Source: Lama glama (Eukaryota). Taken from it: DNA of 64,000 bases. Position numbers and translations under genes: made by a program. Positions 1-11,780 of this stretch are shown piece by piece; positions within the stretch are counted from its first letter, which is position 1, and the number at the start of each line of letters is the position of its first letter. Location: NCBI GenBank assembly GCA_028534125.1, contig CM052818.1:746001-810000 (forward strand), in the 5' to 3' direction. Below the pieces are notes generated by a model. That model saw only the letters and a list, made by a program, of their open reading frames with translations, was not told the DNA's origin and did not search any database.

Positions 1-440
1 TTCCAGGCTCTGACTCCTCAAACTGTCAGCTCTTAGGCCACACTTGGACATTTCCCAATTTATCTGAAAAGTTCTAGCAGTATACGATTTACCTACAAGA
101 GGCATAAAACTATCACTTGGGCCTCTGGAACAAAAGCTCAACAATTCCGATAGATGTAGGCATTTCCAGCATGATGTCTGAACTGACTCCTAAGTATGAA
201 ATTTGCTTTCATTCCAAATGTCTGCCTGGAAGGTGCCTTCTTTAGATCTGTCTTTTGAGATTTTTAAATTTGAAATCTAGCTGCAGGTGCTTTAATCTTT
301 TAAATTTCAGCAGTGGTACAGTGTGTCATGAGCTTAAGTTCACTCTGCAAATACGGTTAATGCAAACAGGTCAGATGGATTTTTCTCACTTTCTCTTTCC
401 CCTGACAAACCTCACCAATCCTGCTCTAGGAATGACTGAC

Positions 441-540
441 CTTCTTGTACAGCTGGGCTCGCAGCCGGTATGACTTATATTCCGATCTCCTCTTTTCCTC
501 TTCTCTCTTTTTCTGGACTTCTGGAAGCTGCTCATAAATC
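441..540 (-). CDS. ALMS1: ALMS1 coding exon (exon 22 equivalent), 100 nt, phase 2-0; ALMS motif
   Basis: Acceptor cattcctaag|G and donor AAG|gtcagt. Encodes IYEQLPEVQKKREEEKRRSEYKSYRLRAQLYKK. The terminal exon was not found in 1-440. Confidence 0.96.
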
Positions 541-2046
541 CTTAGGAATGGCACCAATGGAAAGACAGAAAGCAGTGAGTTCACCTGACCACACAGGCCC
601 GCGATCACTGCTCACCACATTGCCCTAAGCTCTACTGCCCTCCAGCCACTCAGCCCTCAGGCAGGCCGCGGGCCTGCTGGGTGCCCAGCTTCCTGTTAGG
701 CACTTGGAGCCAAAGAACCCTGGGCTGGAGTGCTCACGATCTGGAGAGGGATACAGGGGAATAAAAACACAATAAAATCCTGCTGATAGTGATTATTCTG
801 GGAAAGGAGTGGGACAAAGGAGTGGAGATAAACTTCTTTCATTCTATATGCAAAGATGTATGGCTACAACATAAGATAATGCCTATGTATTGCTATCATT
901 TTTAAACATGGAAAATAATGTGAAAGAAAAATACAATAATGGTCATATCTACAAAATTCTACATAGAGTTACAGGAAAAGAAAGAACTTATTCTGACTGA
1001 AGGATGTCAGGGAAGATTAAGCCTGAGGTGGGTCTTGAAGACTAGTTAGGAGCAGAAACGGGAGTGAGTGAGTGGGGGTGGGGGTGGGAAGAAGTGTTGG
1101 CAAGAACAGAGTCGAGGCTTCCAAAGACCCACGGACCACACTTTGAGAATTGCTTGATTAAAGCATCCCTTTGAATTACCTATAAGGAAAGGGTTTACCA
1201 AATGGAAAGTAAAAACAAGATTTCAAGAAGAATGCTTTTATTACTAAAGGTAAATTGTTTTCAAGCACTATGTGGGCTATAAAACTGGTCTTATTAAAGG
1301 AAGTCTCTAATGAATCCCTAAAAGGTAACCAACCCTTTACTTAGTTACTCAATGGCAGTCTCATGAGCAATGTATACATATCTCTAATTAATTAATAGCC
1401 AATGAATGCAATGGCACAAAATTCAAAAAGTATAAGAAGGTAAAAAATTAGTCTCTCTCCTGCCTCTGCTCTCTAGTCACTCAGTTCTTTTTCCCAAAGA
1501 CAACCACTATCACCAGTTTTTTGGATGTCCTTCCACAGATAGTCTGTGCGTACAAAAGTACACCCATCTATGTAAGCACAAGCACTTCTTTTCAAAAACT
1601 ACAGACAGTAGCAGCGTACATATGCTTCTGAAATTTGGTTTATTTTTTAAGCCTAACTTACTGTATCTTGGAGACTATCCCCTTATCTATCACTGTATTG
1701 GATAAATTTCTAGAAAAAGGACTGCTGAGATAAAGGGTAAGGCCCCAAATAAGTATTTAACTTTATTTCAAAGTAGTTTTTATTTATATTTAAGTTTCTA
1801 ACAAAGACAAGAGTAAAGCATGCAAATTAGTGGCAATGCTTTGTATCTTTTGTAAATGAATCATCTATTCCATGATTGCTCTTTTTCATCTCTTTTTCAG
1901 AGCCATAAATGAGAAACTACTTTTAAAATTAATTTTCTCATGTTTTAACTACAGCATAATGCCTTTATTCTGAGGCCAAGCCTGAGCTCCTGACCAGTTG
2001 GTGGCCTGATTTATCCTTTCATAGTTACTTATTCTTTTGGCCTTAC

Positions 2047-2110
2047 CGTTTAGATCTCTGAATCATTTCCTTCTTTCCAATAGGCCTTTTCTTTTGGGCA
2101 GCCAGGAAGC
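2047..2110 (-). CDS. ALMS1: ALMS1 coding exon (exon 21 equivalent), 64 nt, phase 1-2; ALMS motif
   Basis: Acceptor cttctcttgcttag|GC and donor ACG|gtaagg. Encodes GFLAAQKKRPIGKKEMIQRSK(R). Confidence 0.94.
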
Positions 2111-2146
2111 CTAAGCAAGAGAAGAAGCGGTTCTTAGTGGATTGTC

Positions 2147-2570
2147 TTTTTTTTTTTTAATTGAGGTCTAGTGGATTTACATTAGTTTCAGGTGTACAAC
2201 ATAGTGATTTACAATCTTTAAAATTTATACTCCATTTATAGTTATTATAAAATATTGGCAACATTCCCTGTGCTGTACAACATATCCTTGTAGCTTATTC
2301 ATTTTATACACAGTCGTTTGTACCTCTCAGTCCCTTATCCCTACCTTGTCTCTCCCCACTGGTAACCACTAGTTTGTTCTCTATATGTGTGAGTCTGTTT
2401 CTTTTTTGTTATATTTACTGGTTTTATTTTTTTAGATTCCACATATAAGTGATGTAATACAGCATTTGTCTTTGTCTGTCTGACTTATTTCACTTGGCAT
2501 AATATCCTCCAGGTTGATGCATGTTGTTGCAAAAGGCAAAATTTCATCCTTTTTTTATGGCTGAGCAGCA
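2147..2570 (-). mobile_element. 5'-truncated L1 3' end
   Basis: Poly(T) run at 2147-2158 followed by the reverse complement of a typical L1 3'UTR (ttccctgtgctgtacaaca, agattccacatataagtga, gacttatttcactt). Confidence 0.85.
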
Positions 2571-2574
2571 GTGG

Positions 2575-3197
2575 TGTCACCCACACCAGCCCCTAAAAAC
2601 TGAAGGGCCTATGCCTTGATTTTTCTCTGTGTTTCCATACCAGTCCCTGTGAGCAGAAGGACACCTGCCCTGATTTATTTTTATGTTTGTTTCAAAGGTA
2701 CCTGGCATTTGGCAGAGATGTTTTGCAGCTGTACCTTGAGAGATACACAGTGGTCAACTCCCCAGACCAGTTCTGACTTGACCACAAGAACGAGCCTGCA
2801 CAGATGAGCACAGATGAGACTGGGATGGGCCTGAAAGTTACCTTAGCTTCATTACCATGCTGACAGCTCAGCCCAGAAGGGTGATTTGTACTCTGCAAGG
2901 CACAGTCTGTGCCATGTGCAAAGGACCATGGGAGACTGCGCATGCCCTGGCTGCCCCTGAAAACTCCGTCCCTCTCCTCAAGTCCTAATGACCTATCTGC
3001 CTCTTAACCCTTAAATTCCCTTACTCCTCTCCCTTCAGGGAGAAAGTATCTTTGAGCATGAGCTCTCCCTTCTGCACTTCTTGATCAAGGAATAGTTTCT
3101 GCTCTGCTATATTGAACCTGGTCTTGTTTAACTGACGTTTGTGATTGAGGGCAAAGGACCCACTGAGGGGTCCCCAACCCTTAGGGGATCAGTGACA
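2575..3197 (+). mobile_element. Solo ERV LTR (ERV1-like), 623 bp
   Basis: Termini TGTCAC...GTGACA, flanked by a 4-bp direct repeat GTGG (2571-2574 and 3198-3201). TATA-like cttaaa near 3010. Orientation is inferred. Confidence 0.75.
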
Positions 3198-3499
3198 GTG
3201 GGTTACCTCTTCATAAGGAAGGGTGTGTTGCTGAAAAGCTGTGAGAGGCTGCAGCTGCGGCTTTGTGCCCCATCCTGAGCTGGCAGTGCTGGGCGGTGAG
3301 CAATGGCCAAGGCCAAGGCTACACTATGATGACTGTGACAGCAGCCTGAGGGCTTCTGAAGACACAACACCGCAGCACAGAATAGACAGTGCAAATCCAA
3401 ACACTGACCAGTTTATAAGTAAGCCAGTGGTGAAAGCATCAGGTAGGACTTCATAGTTTTCTCACAGCTTTCACGTGTCATTTTATTGAGATCTTCCAT

Positions 3500-3725
3500 C
3501 TAGCATAACTGTTAAGAGCACAGACTTCAGTGCCAGCCCACTTAGGTTCACATCCCAGCTTATAAGGTGTGTAATATTGGGCAAGGTACTTCATCTCTTT
3601 TTGCCTCAGTTTTCTCATCTGTGAAACAGGGATATTAATAGTACCCACCTCAGAGAGGTGTTGTAAGCATTAAACAAGAACAGTGTCTGGACAAAACATA
3701 AGGGCTATAAAAGTTTATCATTATT
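3500..3725 (+). mobile_element. MIR SINE
   Basis: MIR core ttgggcaaggtacttcatctc...gcctcagttttctcatctgtgaaacaggg...atagtacccacctcagagag. Confidence 0.85.
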
Positions 3726-4079
3726 GCCACTCTGTGAAGTAGGCCAGCCTGGAATCAGCTCCCCCTCACTGTAAACATTATACTTTTGCAATTTACTTGC
3801 TCATGATGACAGAGCTGGTTTTTAAAAACACCTTTTTTTTGGGTGCACACTGTCATTTTTGAGATGGAGTGACAGGGCAAGAATAAATGGGCTTATTTGG
3901 ATCATGAAGGTGCTGAGAGTTAAACTGGGCAGATTCTGCTACCGAAAGAGATTTGAGTCTCGGTGAGGAAAGTCACTTTCTGACCATGTAACTTGCCTGG
4001 CATTGAGCAGTGCTCCCTTGCATGAAGCAGACTTTGCCCTCTCTACCCAGAAACAGGAAAGTGGACAGGCAGAGCGTAC

Positions 4080-4266
4080 CTCTCTTAGGGAGCAGGGGGT
4101 GCACGGGGCCCCGGCAGCCCTGCCATTCCCGCCCAGTGTTGAACAGTGCGTCCCGCTCGCTCTGCAGCATGTTCTGCATCTTCCTCTCCTGGACTATTAA
4201 CTTCAGGCGCTTTATCCGTTCCCCGGAGCGGGAGATGAAGTCAGGTCTGTGAAGGTGAAGTGATTC
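4080..4266 (-). CDS. ALMS1: ALMS1 coding exon (exon 20 equivalent), 187 nt, phase 0-1; ALMS motif
   Basis: Acceptor tttttctcctcag|GAA and donor GAG|gtacgc. Encodes ESLHLHRPDFISRSGERIKRLKLIVQERKMQNMLQSERDALFN...LLPKR. Confidence 0.96.
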
Positions 4267-4992
4267 CTGAGGAGAAAAAGTCCCCAAGTTCATGTTAATG
4301 GTGCAGTCTTTTCTCCAAGGGCCCAGAAAACAGTGCCTGTCTAACAGGTTTGGAAAGCCTGTTTGCAAAGTACGGAAGATATCTAGAGTTGAAGAATGGT
4401 CAGACAACTCCCTGCGGGGGAGAGCTCCAGCAGGAAAATCAGAGGGATCAAAGAACTGACTTTGGAATAAGTCAAGAACCAAGACTGTGGCAATTACAAG
4501 TCTCCCCAGTGTTGATGGGACAGAGCTCGGCCCACTGTGCTGTTTTAAATTTCCCTTCAAACAAATACATCATTAAATAACAATTCCTTTAGCTCCCTGG
4601 GTACTTGTAAAGAAGAGGCTTGGTGCCTTTAAAACTTCATGTTAAGCAGAAATAGGAGTCATGTAAACGGGGGAACAGATACAAGGCTGACACAAACATC
4701 AGGCCTCTACTGCACTCCACGTGCAGGTTTCTATCTACAAACCCAGTGAGCAGCTACACAACACCCATCCCTGCCTTGTCGCCAGATACTGAGGGCGACG
4801 CACTGCTCGTGATGGCTAACAGTAAGGCAGCCTTTGATCAATGAGTGTGGAAACAGATGAGCTGTGGAGGTGCTAGAAACAAGGCTCACAGGACCGCACT
4901 TCAGAAGGCCAAGTCACAGATTTAACTTTTCTGTATCTTGCCCTTTCTTCCTCCTTAAGCATATGGCTAAAATTAACTCAGTGTCACTGCAC

Positions 4993-5222
4993 CTGCAGGG
5001 TCACTCTCACAAATGGCTTCGGTGGCTCTCTGCCCAGGCCTGCTAGTGAGCTGGGGCTGTCCATGGGCTGTCCCTGCCAGTTCTGCTCCCGTAGTGGCTC
5101 CCTCCAGGGTTTGGTACTGGTGATGGGTGCAAACCAGGCGACACCAGGGCCGTGAAGCATGGGCAGGTTTTCCTTCTTAGGAACAGACTTCACATTTTCC
5201 ACAGGAACAAACCATGAAACTC
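4993..5222 (-). CDS. ALMS1: ALMS1 coding exon (exon 19 equivalent), 230 nt, phase 1-0
   Basis: Acceptor tttcctgtag|GA and donor CAG|gtgcag. Encodes GVSWFVPVENVKSVPKKEN...PWREPLREQN...KPFVRVTLQ. Confidence 0.95.
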
Positions 5223-5386
5223 CTACAGGAAATATTTTTAAGAAAGAAAAAAGATTTTTCATTTTTCTCATCAGAGACATGTGCATAATAATACAGTCTC
5301 TCAGGGACCCTGCTCTCAAGAGGTCACCAGCATGCCCCGAAGTCTGCTTAACTACAGGTATGACTCCGTAATTGTAGGGCTGGATA

Positions 5387-5539
5387 CAGTCAGCCCCCTG
5401 CATCTGTGCATGTGGAACCCTTGGATTCAGAGGGCAGTCTGTACTATGCCACTTTACATAAAGGACTTGAGCATTCATGGATTTTGGCATCCACGAGGGG
5501 TCCTGGAACCAATCCCCTGCAGATGTGCAGGGATGACCA
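5387..5539. mobile_element. MER2/Tigger-family (TcMar) non-autonomous DNA transposon
   Basis: TA|cagtcagccccctgcatctg ... ggacttgagcattcatggattttggcatcc...ggaaccaatcccctgcagatgtgcagggatgacca|TA. TA target sites and imperfect TIRs. Confidence 0.75.
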
Positions 5540-5678
5540 TACTTTGAAAATTTGCCAAGATGGTGCTGGGGGACGATGGGGTCTATACTGAGTCATTTAG
5601 AAACAAAGAACCTTAGCATTGCAAGAGACTTGAAATTCACTAGTTTTTCTGCTAGGAAAGTGAGAATCATAAACTGAC

Positions 5679-5882
5679 CTTCACAGCAACTCTGCTTGTT
5701 CTTCCTTAACTTTTTGTCTCCAATACAATTGGTAAGGAGCTTTTTCTCTTCTATTTTTTCTTCTGACCAAGAAGTCACATCACTGTCCTCTTCTACTCTA
5801 GTCTTGCTCGAACTTGGAGTTGGGAAAGTCATTCCAACATCTCGAGTGTGTTTTCTGACACCATTCACAATCTCCAAGTTAC
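5679..5882 (-). CDS. ALMS1: ALMS1 coding exon (exon 18 equivalent), 204 nt, phase 1-1
   Basis: Acceptor tttttgccctcag|GT and donor AAG|gtcagt. Encodes GNLEIVNGVRKHTRDVGMTFPTPSSSKTRVEEDSDVTSWSEEK...KQSCCE. Confidence 0.95.
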
Positions 5883-6958
5883 CTGAGGGCAAAAATCACA
5901 GATCGTTTCTGGGAGCAGCCTTGAGACTTAATTGGCAGGTGGAGTCACATAAAGCAAATGAAAAGTTTTTAAGGCTTCAAAAATGCAGGCTACTGCCTCC
6001 TTTAGGTGGGTGAAGGGGTATGAGCGAGAGGGGTCAGAGAGAGAGAGAGAGAAGGGGCTCTTATTTCTAAGTCGGTTTAGATATTAGAAGGAAAGAACTA
6101 CTAATATGGATTTAATGGGAAAAGGATTTCAGTTCTGATCCCAAGTGAGAAAGACAGTAAATTGTTACAGTCCTATTGCAGTTACCTAGGTAAGGAAGAG
6201 GTTGACAGATGGAAAGACATGACTTGAAGGGAAGATTTTTATCAAGGGGGAAGTTTATTCTTATTTTATAAAATCAAAAGATATAGAAAGTCAAAAAGTG
6301 ACCTCCTTCCCACTCCTGTTCTCCATTCATTAAGTTTATAACCCCATGATTCCAGATACATTTTTGCACACATTTAAGCATTTCTCTTCTTTCTTTTATT
6401 TTTTTAAATACATGTAGTAGCATGCTATATACTGTTCTGTACTTTGCTTTTTCTTTTTAATTATTTATCTTAGCGATCTTGATATATTAGTAGAAAAAGA
6501 TTCCTCATTCTATGTAGGATTTCATTGCATGGATATAAAATAATGTATTTAACCATTTGGCCATTGATGGACATCTAAGTTGATTTAAATTTTCTGCTTA
6601 AACTAAATAATACTTCAGAGGTTAATGCTGTACATGTGTCATTTTGCTCCCATGCGCTGTGTATCTATAGGCTAAATCCCAAAAGTAAAAGTGCTGGGTC
6701 AAAGTAATTCTGATAGAAACTGCCAACTTATAAGTACTCCCAACTTATACCCCCACTAGAATGTAGTGTTTCCTTACACTCTTGCCCACAAAATTGCTAT
6801 TCAGCGTAGACTTCGGCAGAAATCTGACAGGTGAAGAACGGTGTCTGAGTATTTTTTAAGTTTACATCTTTACTTCTTCTATTGGGGGTAAGCTTGAGCA
6901 TCTTATCACAGGTTTAAGAGCCACCTGTATTTCAATGGAAATGTTTAAAGTAACTTAC

Positions 6959-7076
6959 CTGCTTGGACACCCTTGTTTAACATATGTACATTTTGCTTGA
7001 TGCAAAAGGTAGAGGTCGAGTTCCAGAAACTACTGGTAGAAGATGAAACAGAGTCAGAAGAAATATGGTCTGTCAC
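6959..7076 (-). CDS. ALMS1: ALMS1 coding exon (exon 17 equivalent), 118 nt, phase 0-1
   Basis: Acceptor ggttttttccag|GTG and donor CAG|gtaagt. Encodes VTDHISSDSVSSSTSSFWNSTSTFCIKQNVHMLNKGVQA. Confidence 0.94.
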
Positions 7077-7711
7077 CTGGAAAAACCAAAGAGATCCTGT
7101 TATCATCGCCTGCAGTCAATGGCACAGTTACCCACAGGATAAGAAAACATACAAGTTGCCAAGAGCCCTTTCTAATTCCATTCAAATCGTTGAGATGAAG
7201 CTGCCAGGAAGCTTGTGACAATGTGAACACGCTGCTACAGACTGTGCAATAGAGAGGTGAGTGCTACCATAGTTGGATGAGGGTCTGAGCTGTTTTAAGA
7301 AGGTAAGACAAAAAGAGTGGGTATGTTCCCAGGACTTGAAAAGACTCTGAAGAGGATGCTTGCCAAAGATTAGCCTGTTGGGTCTTCAGGATGGAAGTCT
7401 GACTTGATAGCAGCATAAAATTCTGATGAGATAAAGAAGGCAGGAGATAATTAAAGAGAATGAGTGAACTAGAGAATGCTTTCCAATAAGATTAGACATC
7501 TTATTCAAGGGTAAATGCCAAAGAGCTGCAAGGTCCCATGACAAGTCGTGAATGAGCGCAGTATTGCAAAAAGCACTTAAAGATTTGAGCCCAAAAGGTT
7601 TTTTTAGTTATGTTCAGAGCAAGTAGAGATTGCTCTACTAAAGGGAGCTGATGGTGGAAAGTTAGTAGATGACAAACATTATCAAAATATAGTTGGACAA
7701 ATATGATATAA

Positions 7712-7860
7712 AATAGTATTTCTTGAACTTGTCCATCGGAACATCTTCTGGGAGCGCGTTCTAACCGAGAACAATGAATTGGAATTTCTAGGTGAGGGGT
7801 CTGGGCATCTATATTCTGAATAAATGCCAGGTGCTTGTCTACTTAAACAAGGTTGGAAGA
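7712..7860. mobile_element. MER5A-like hAT-Charlie fragment
   Basis: gaattggaatttctaggtgaggggtctgggcatctatattctgaataaatgccaggtg resembles the MER5A internal motif. Confidence 0.5.
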
Positions 7861-8257
7861 GTAAATTGAAGCCCAAGTCAGGAAAGGAAATGGAGAGTAT
7901 CCGCTTTCCTGAACAAATAAACTATATACTTCAGGGCCTTCAGGGAAACTGCAACAGAATCCTCGAGAGGAGCTATGCTAGATGTCTGGGGGTAGGAAGT
8001 ATTTTAATTTTCAAAAAGATAAGCATTGCAAACTGGTGGGTTTAACCATGATGACCTGTAAAATTCCAGAATGGATCATAAACCTGATAATCTGCAAGCA
8101 TTTGGAGTGTAAAAAAAAAAAAAAGATTAGCAAATTTGAGCCAGGGCTCAGTAAGGCAGGCAGAATGCACCCTGCCAGGCGAGTCTCGTTTTCCCCAGTA
8201 GGCACGGCCACTATTCGCAGACCAGAGGAATGTGCAGCAGAGTGCAACTCTACTATG

Positions 8258-8435
8258 TTAAATAATAAATTTGATAAATATACATTTAATAATCTAATTA
8301 ATAATTTAATTTGATAAATATACATTTAAATTAAATTTGATAAATACATTAAAATGACATAAATAAAAATAATAAATAATACATAAATAATAAAATAAAA
8401 ATAAAATACATTTAAAAAATAAATTTGAATAAAAT
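8258..8435. repeat. AT-rich degenerate tandem repeat
   Basis: Three copies of aatttgataaata(ta)catt(t)aa embedded in almost pure A/T sequence. Confidence 0.85.
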
Positions 8436-8634
8436 GAGGGGAAGATGGACTTATACAGGTTGCATGACAATATAAAGTTGGTGGAGCTAGCTTTCCCATA
8501 TAATGCACATCTGGAAGGACCTAAATGGCCATCAGGATCCCAAATAGTAAGAGGAATGATGGGCAGATGAAACAAGGGAGGATTGTAAAGCCCTATGCAC
8601 TAGGCAGGAGGAAGAGCAACAACTTTGATATCGT

Positions 8635-8830
8635 AGATAAAGCTGAGTCTGGAGTCCGAAGACTGAAGGCAGTCTCAGACCTGCTTTTACTAGCTGTCTC
8701 TACTGAGCAAGCCATAACCTCTGTACCAGTTTCTCCATCTAGAAGAGGGAACACCTGCATTTCTGAAATTACAGAAGTGTTACAAAGAACAAGTGATTTA
8801 GACTGCAAACGGTAAAAAACTAATATAGAA
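8635..8830 (+). mobile_element. MIR SINE (degenerate)
   Basis: tctggagtccgaagactg...ctgagcaagccataacctctgtaccagtttctccatct. Confidence 0.6.
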
Positions 8831-8929
8831 CGATCAGACTATTATGATGTTAGGTCAATATGTATGAGTACAGAAAGGGAGGTGAGGAGAGGTCACTGAC
8901 CGACAATACACTATACTTTTTCAGCTGTT

Positions 8930-10018
8930 AGAAAAAAAAAAAGAGGACACACACACGCACATACACACACACAACTGAATCACTAAGCGATACACCAGAA
9001 ATTAACACAACATTGTAAACCGAGTACAATTAAAAAAAGAAAAGGGAAAAAAAAAAGAATGCAGTATTTGGGAATAAATTTAACAACAGGAGTGCAAGGC
9101 TTGAACACTGAAAGCTACAAAACACTGGTGGGAGAAATTAAAGATCTAAATAAGTTGTGGGACATTCCACATCAGTCATTTAAAAATGGGCAAAAGATCT
9201 GAACAGACACTTCACCAAATAAGACAGAAAAGCGGCCAAAAGCATATGAAATAAGTGACATTATCAGTCATCAGGGAAATACAAATTAGATTCACAATAC
9301 CACTTCACACCCACTAGGATGGCTATAAAAATAATAATAATAATAAAAGAAGATGGGCAATACTAAGTGTTGACCAGGCAGTGGAGAAATCGGACACTTC
9401 ACATATTGCTGGTGGGAATATAAAATAGTACAGCCACTTGGGAAAACCTTTGCCATTTTCTTAAAAACTAGACAAAAACTTACCATATGATTCACCAATT
9501 CTACTCCTGTATATATCCCAAAGAAATGACAACATATGCAAATGCAAACACAGAAACTTACGTAAATGTTCATAGCAGCATTATTCATATTATCAAAAAA
9601 AAAAAAGAATCGAAGTGTCCAACAACTGGCAATTGGATAAACAAAATGTGCTATAGCCATACAATGGAATTCTAACCAGCAATAAAAAGGAGCTACTGAT
9701 ACATACTATAAAATGGATAACCTCGAAAACATCGTGCCAAGCAAAAGCAGCAAGGTGCGAAAGACTAGATATTCCATGCCTTTATTTACACGAGATGTCC
9801 AGAAGAGGAAGGCAGACTGGAGGTTGCCTGGGGATGGGAATGAGGACTGACTGCCAACAGGTACAAGGGGCTTTCCGAGGTGCCAGAAATGCTCTAAAAC
9901 TGGATTGTGGTGATGATTGCACAACTTTGTAAATTTACTAAAAGTAACTGAATTCTACACGTAAAATGGATGAATTCTATGATATGCAAATTATACTTCA
10001 GTAAAGCTGTTTTAAAAA
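8930..10018 (+). mobile_element. L1 fragments: short young 3' end plus older L1M ORF2 end and 3'UTR
   Basis: aattaacacaacattgtaaac; aaatgggcaaaagatctgaacagacacttcacc; tgctggtgggaatataaaatagtacagccac; ttatacttcagtaaagctg. Confidence 0.85.
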
Positions 10019-10052
10019 TCACTGTAAAGACATGCAAGAACTAGTAACAGTG

Positions 10053-10119
10053 CTGTACACCAGAAATTGATACAGCGTTGTGAACTGACTATAATTCAAT
10101 AAAAAAAACCCAAACAAAC
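10053..10119 (+). mobile_element. Extremely 5'-truncated L1 (about 67 bp) with 12-bp TSD
   Basis: ctgtacaccagaaattgatacagcgttgtgaactgactataattcaataaaaaaaa flanked by ctagtaacagtg at 10041-10052 and 10120-10131. Confidence 0.85.
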
Positions 10120-11049
10120 CTAGTAACAGTGAACAGCTCTGGAACGGAAAGATGAGTGCCTGGGGAACAGAAGAGAGGACACTCTTTATCAAAGACTCTT
10201 TCATACATTTAAAATTTTGTAACAGGTGATTTTATTACCAGTTTAAGAAGTGAGAATAAAGAAAACAAAAACATAGGGAAGAGTGCGGCAATGAGGTTTA
10301 ATAGCTCAGGTGAGTTCAACAGGAGTAAAACATACTTTAGGCCACAGACAGGTTCGGCTTTCAGAAAGGAAGAGGAGACATCTGCTGTGTCAAGTGCTCT
10401 CACCATCTGAAGCACAACATGCTTAGTGCAAAGGGACATGTTTAAAAACAGGAAATCAACAAACTTAGCAGACCCAGAGGCTGCCAACTTGAGAAAAGGG
10501 AGCAGGAAGTATGACCTGTGAGGAATGGTTCACAGACTGGAACTGAGTGAAAATTGTTCAGGGAAGGGAGTGGGGACCTGAGATGTAGATGATTAGGATC
10601 TACTTTCTGTGCCTTGAGAGAGCAGAACTGGAGACAGAGCCAGGAAATCTAATGCAGACAGAATGTGGATCTTTGTAAGTTTTTAAAACCTTTGCTGACC
10701 AGAACCTCAAACAGAAAGAGATGCTGATGAGCAGCAAATGAGTGATGGAGCTGTCGAAGCAGAGGCTGAAGCACCTAGTGGGGCAGAGGCAGCGTAAGTG
10801 TTGATGGTTCCTTCCAAGAACAAGTCTGAGAACCTCTTGCACTTTCAAAGTACACAACCAATCATGGTCTGCACCACTGGGTGTGAAAGCACATAGGTTT
10901 ACATCTGATTAAATGAGGAGTCTTGATGTGTGTGTTTCTGTTTCTAGTTCAAATCTCTCTTGCTGATTTAAGTTCACTCCTGCCTATGAAACATTTAAAA
11001 ATAGAAAACAGTCTGAAATCCTTTCTCAACAAAATACATTTAGTTAGCC

Positions 11050-11780
11050 TTCTAAGATGGCGAAAATCAAAAGGACAGAACAAAAACAAGTGTTTTCAAG
11101 GATGTGGAAAAATGAGAACCTTCATTCATTCATTGCTGCTGGGAATGCAGAATGGTACCAGTACTTTGGATAACTGTCTGGTAGTTCCTCAAATGGTTAA
11201 ACATAGTTACCGTATGATCCAGGGAATATACACTCCTCGACACACACCCAGAAGAAATATAAACTAGGTCTACACAAAAGCTTATATACGAATGTTCATA
11301 TAGTTTTGTTAATAGTAGTCAAGAAATGGAAGAAGTCTCAATGTCTGTTAAATGATAGACAGATAAAGTAAAGATAAGTAAAATATGTGTATTCATACAA
11401 TGGAATGTTATTTGGTCATAAAAAATGAATTACATGCTGCAGTGTAGATGAACTTTGAAAACACTATGAAGCGAAAGAAGCCAGTCACAAAAGATCACAT
11501 TATTGTATGATTCCATTTACATGAAATGTCTAGAATAAACAAATCTATAGACACAGAAAGTAGATTAGTAACCATAGCCTCGGGCAAAGGCAGGGGTGGG
11601 AGGTTAGGAGAAATGAGTGACTGCTCATGTGTATAGGGTGTTTACAGTAGGTGTTGAAAATGTTTTAAAATTAAATCGGGGCGATGGTTGCTCGACTCTG
11701 TTAATATACTAAAACCCACTAAACTGTTTACTGTAGGTGAATTTTATGTTATGTGAAAGATCTCAAGAAAGCTATAAAAA
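11050..11780 (+). mobile_element. Old L1M 3' fragment
   Basis: cattgctgctgggaatgcagaatggtacc...gaagccagtcacaaaagatcacattattgtatgattccattt...ggtgaattttatgttatgtgaa. Confidence 0.8.

Larger units (their letters stand above)
7350..8540 (+). mobile_element. Ancient CR1/L3 LINE ORF2 fossil, interrupted by a MER5-like element and an AT-rich repeat
   Basis: aaggtttttttagttatgttcagagcaag resembles the CR1 KGFF.YV.SK motif. The translation CKLVGLTMMTCKIPEWIINLIICKHL resembles the CR1 RT motif YRPVSLTS.PGKI.EQII...ICKHL. Boundaries are approximate. Confidence 0.55.

Noticed and set aside
1..440. Search for the terminal ALMS1 exon (recalled as RVTNQLLGRKVPWD-like)
   Set aside because: No matching peptide was found; the exon must lie beyond the window start.
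3973..4560. 195-aa ORF as a separate gene
   Set aside because: It is ALMS1 exon 20 plus open flanking intron sequence.
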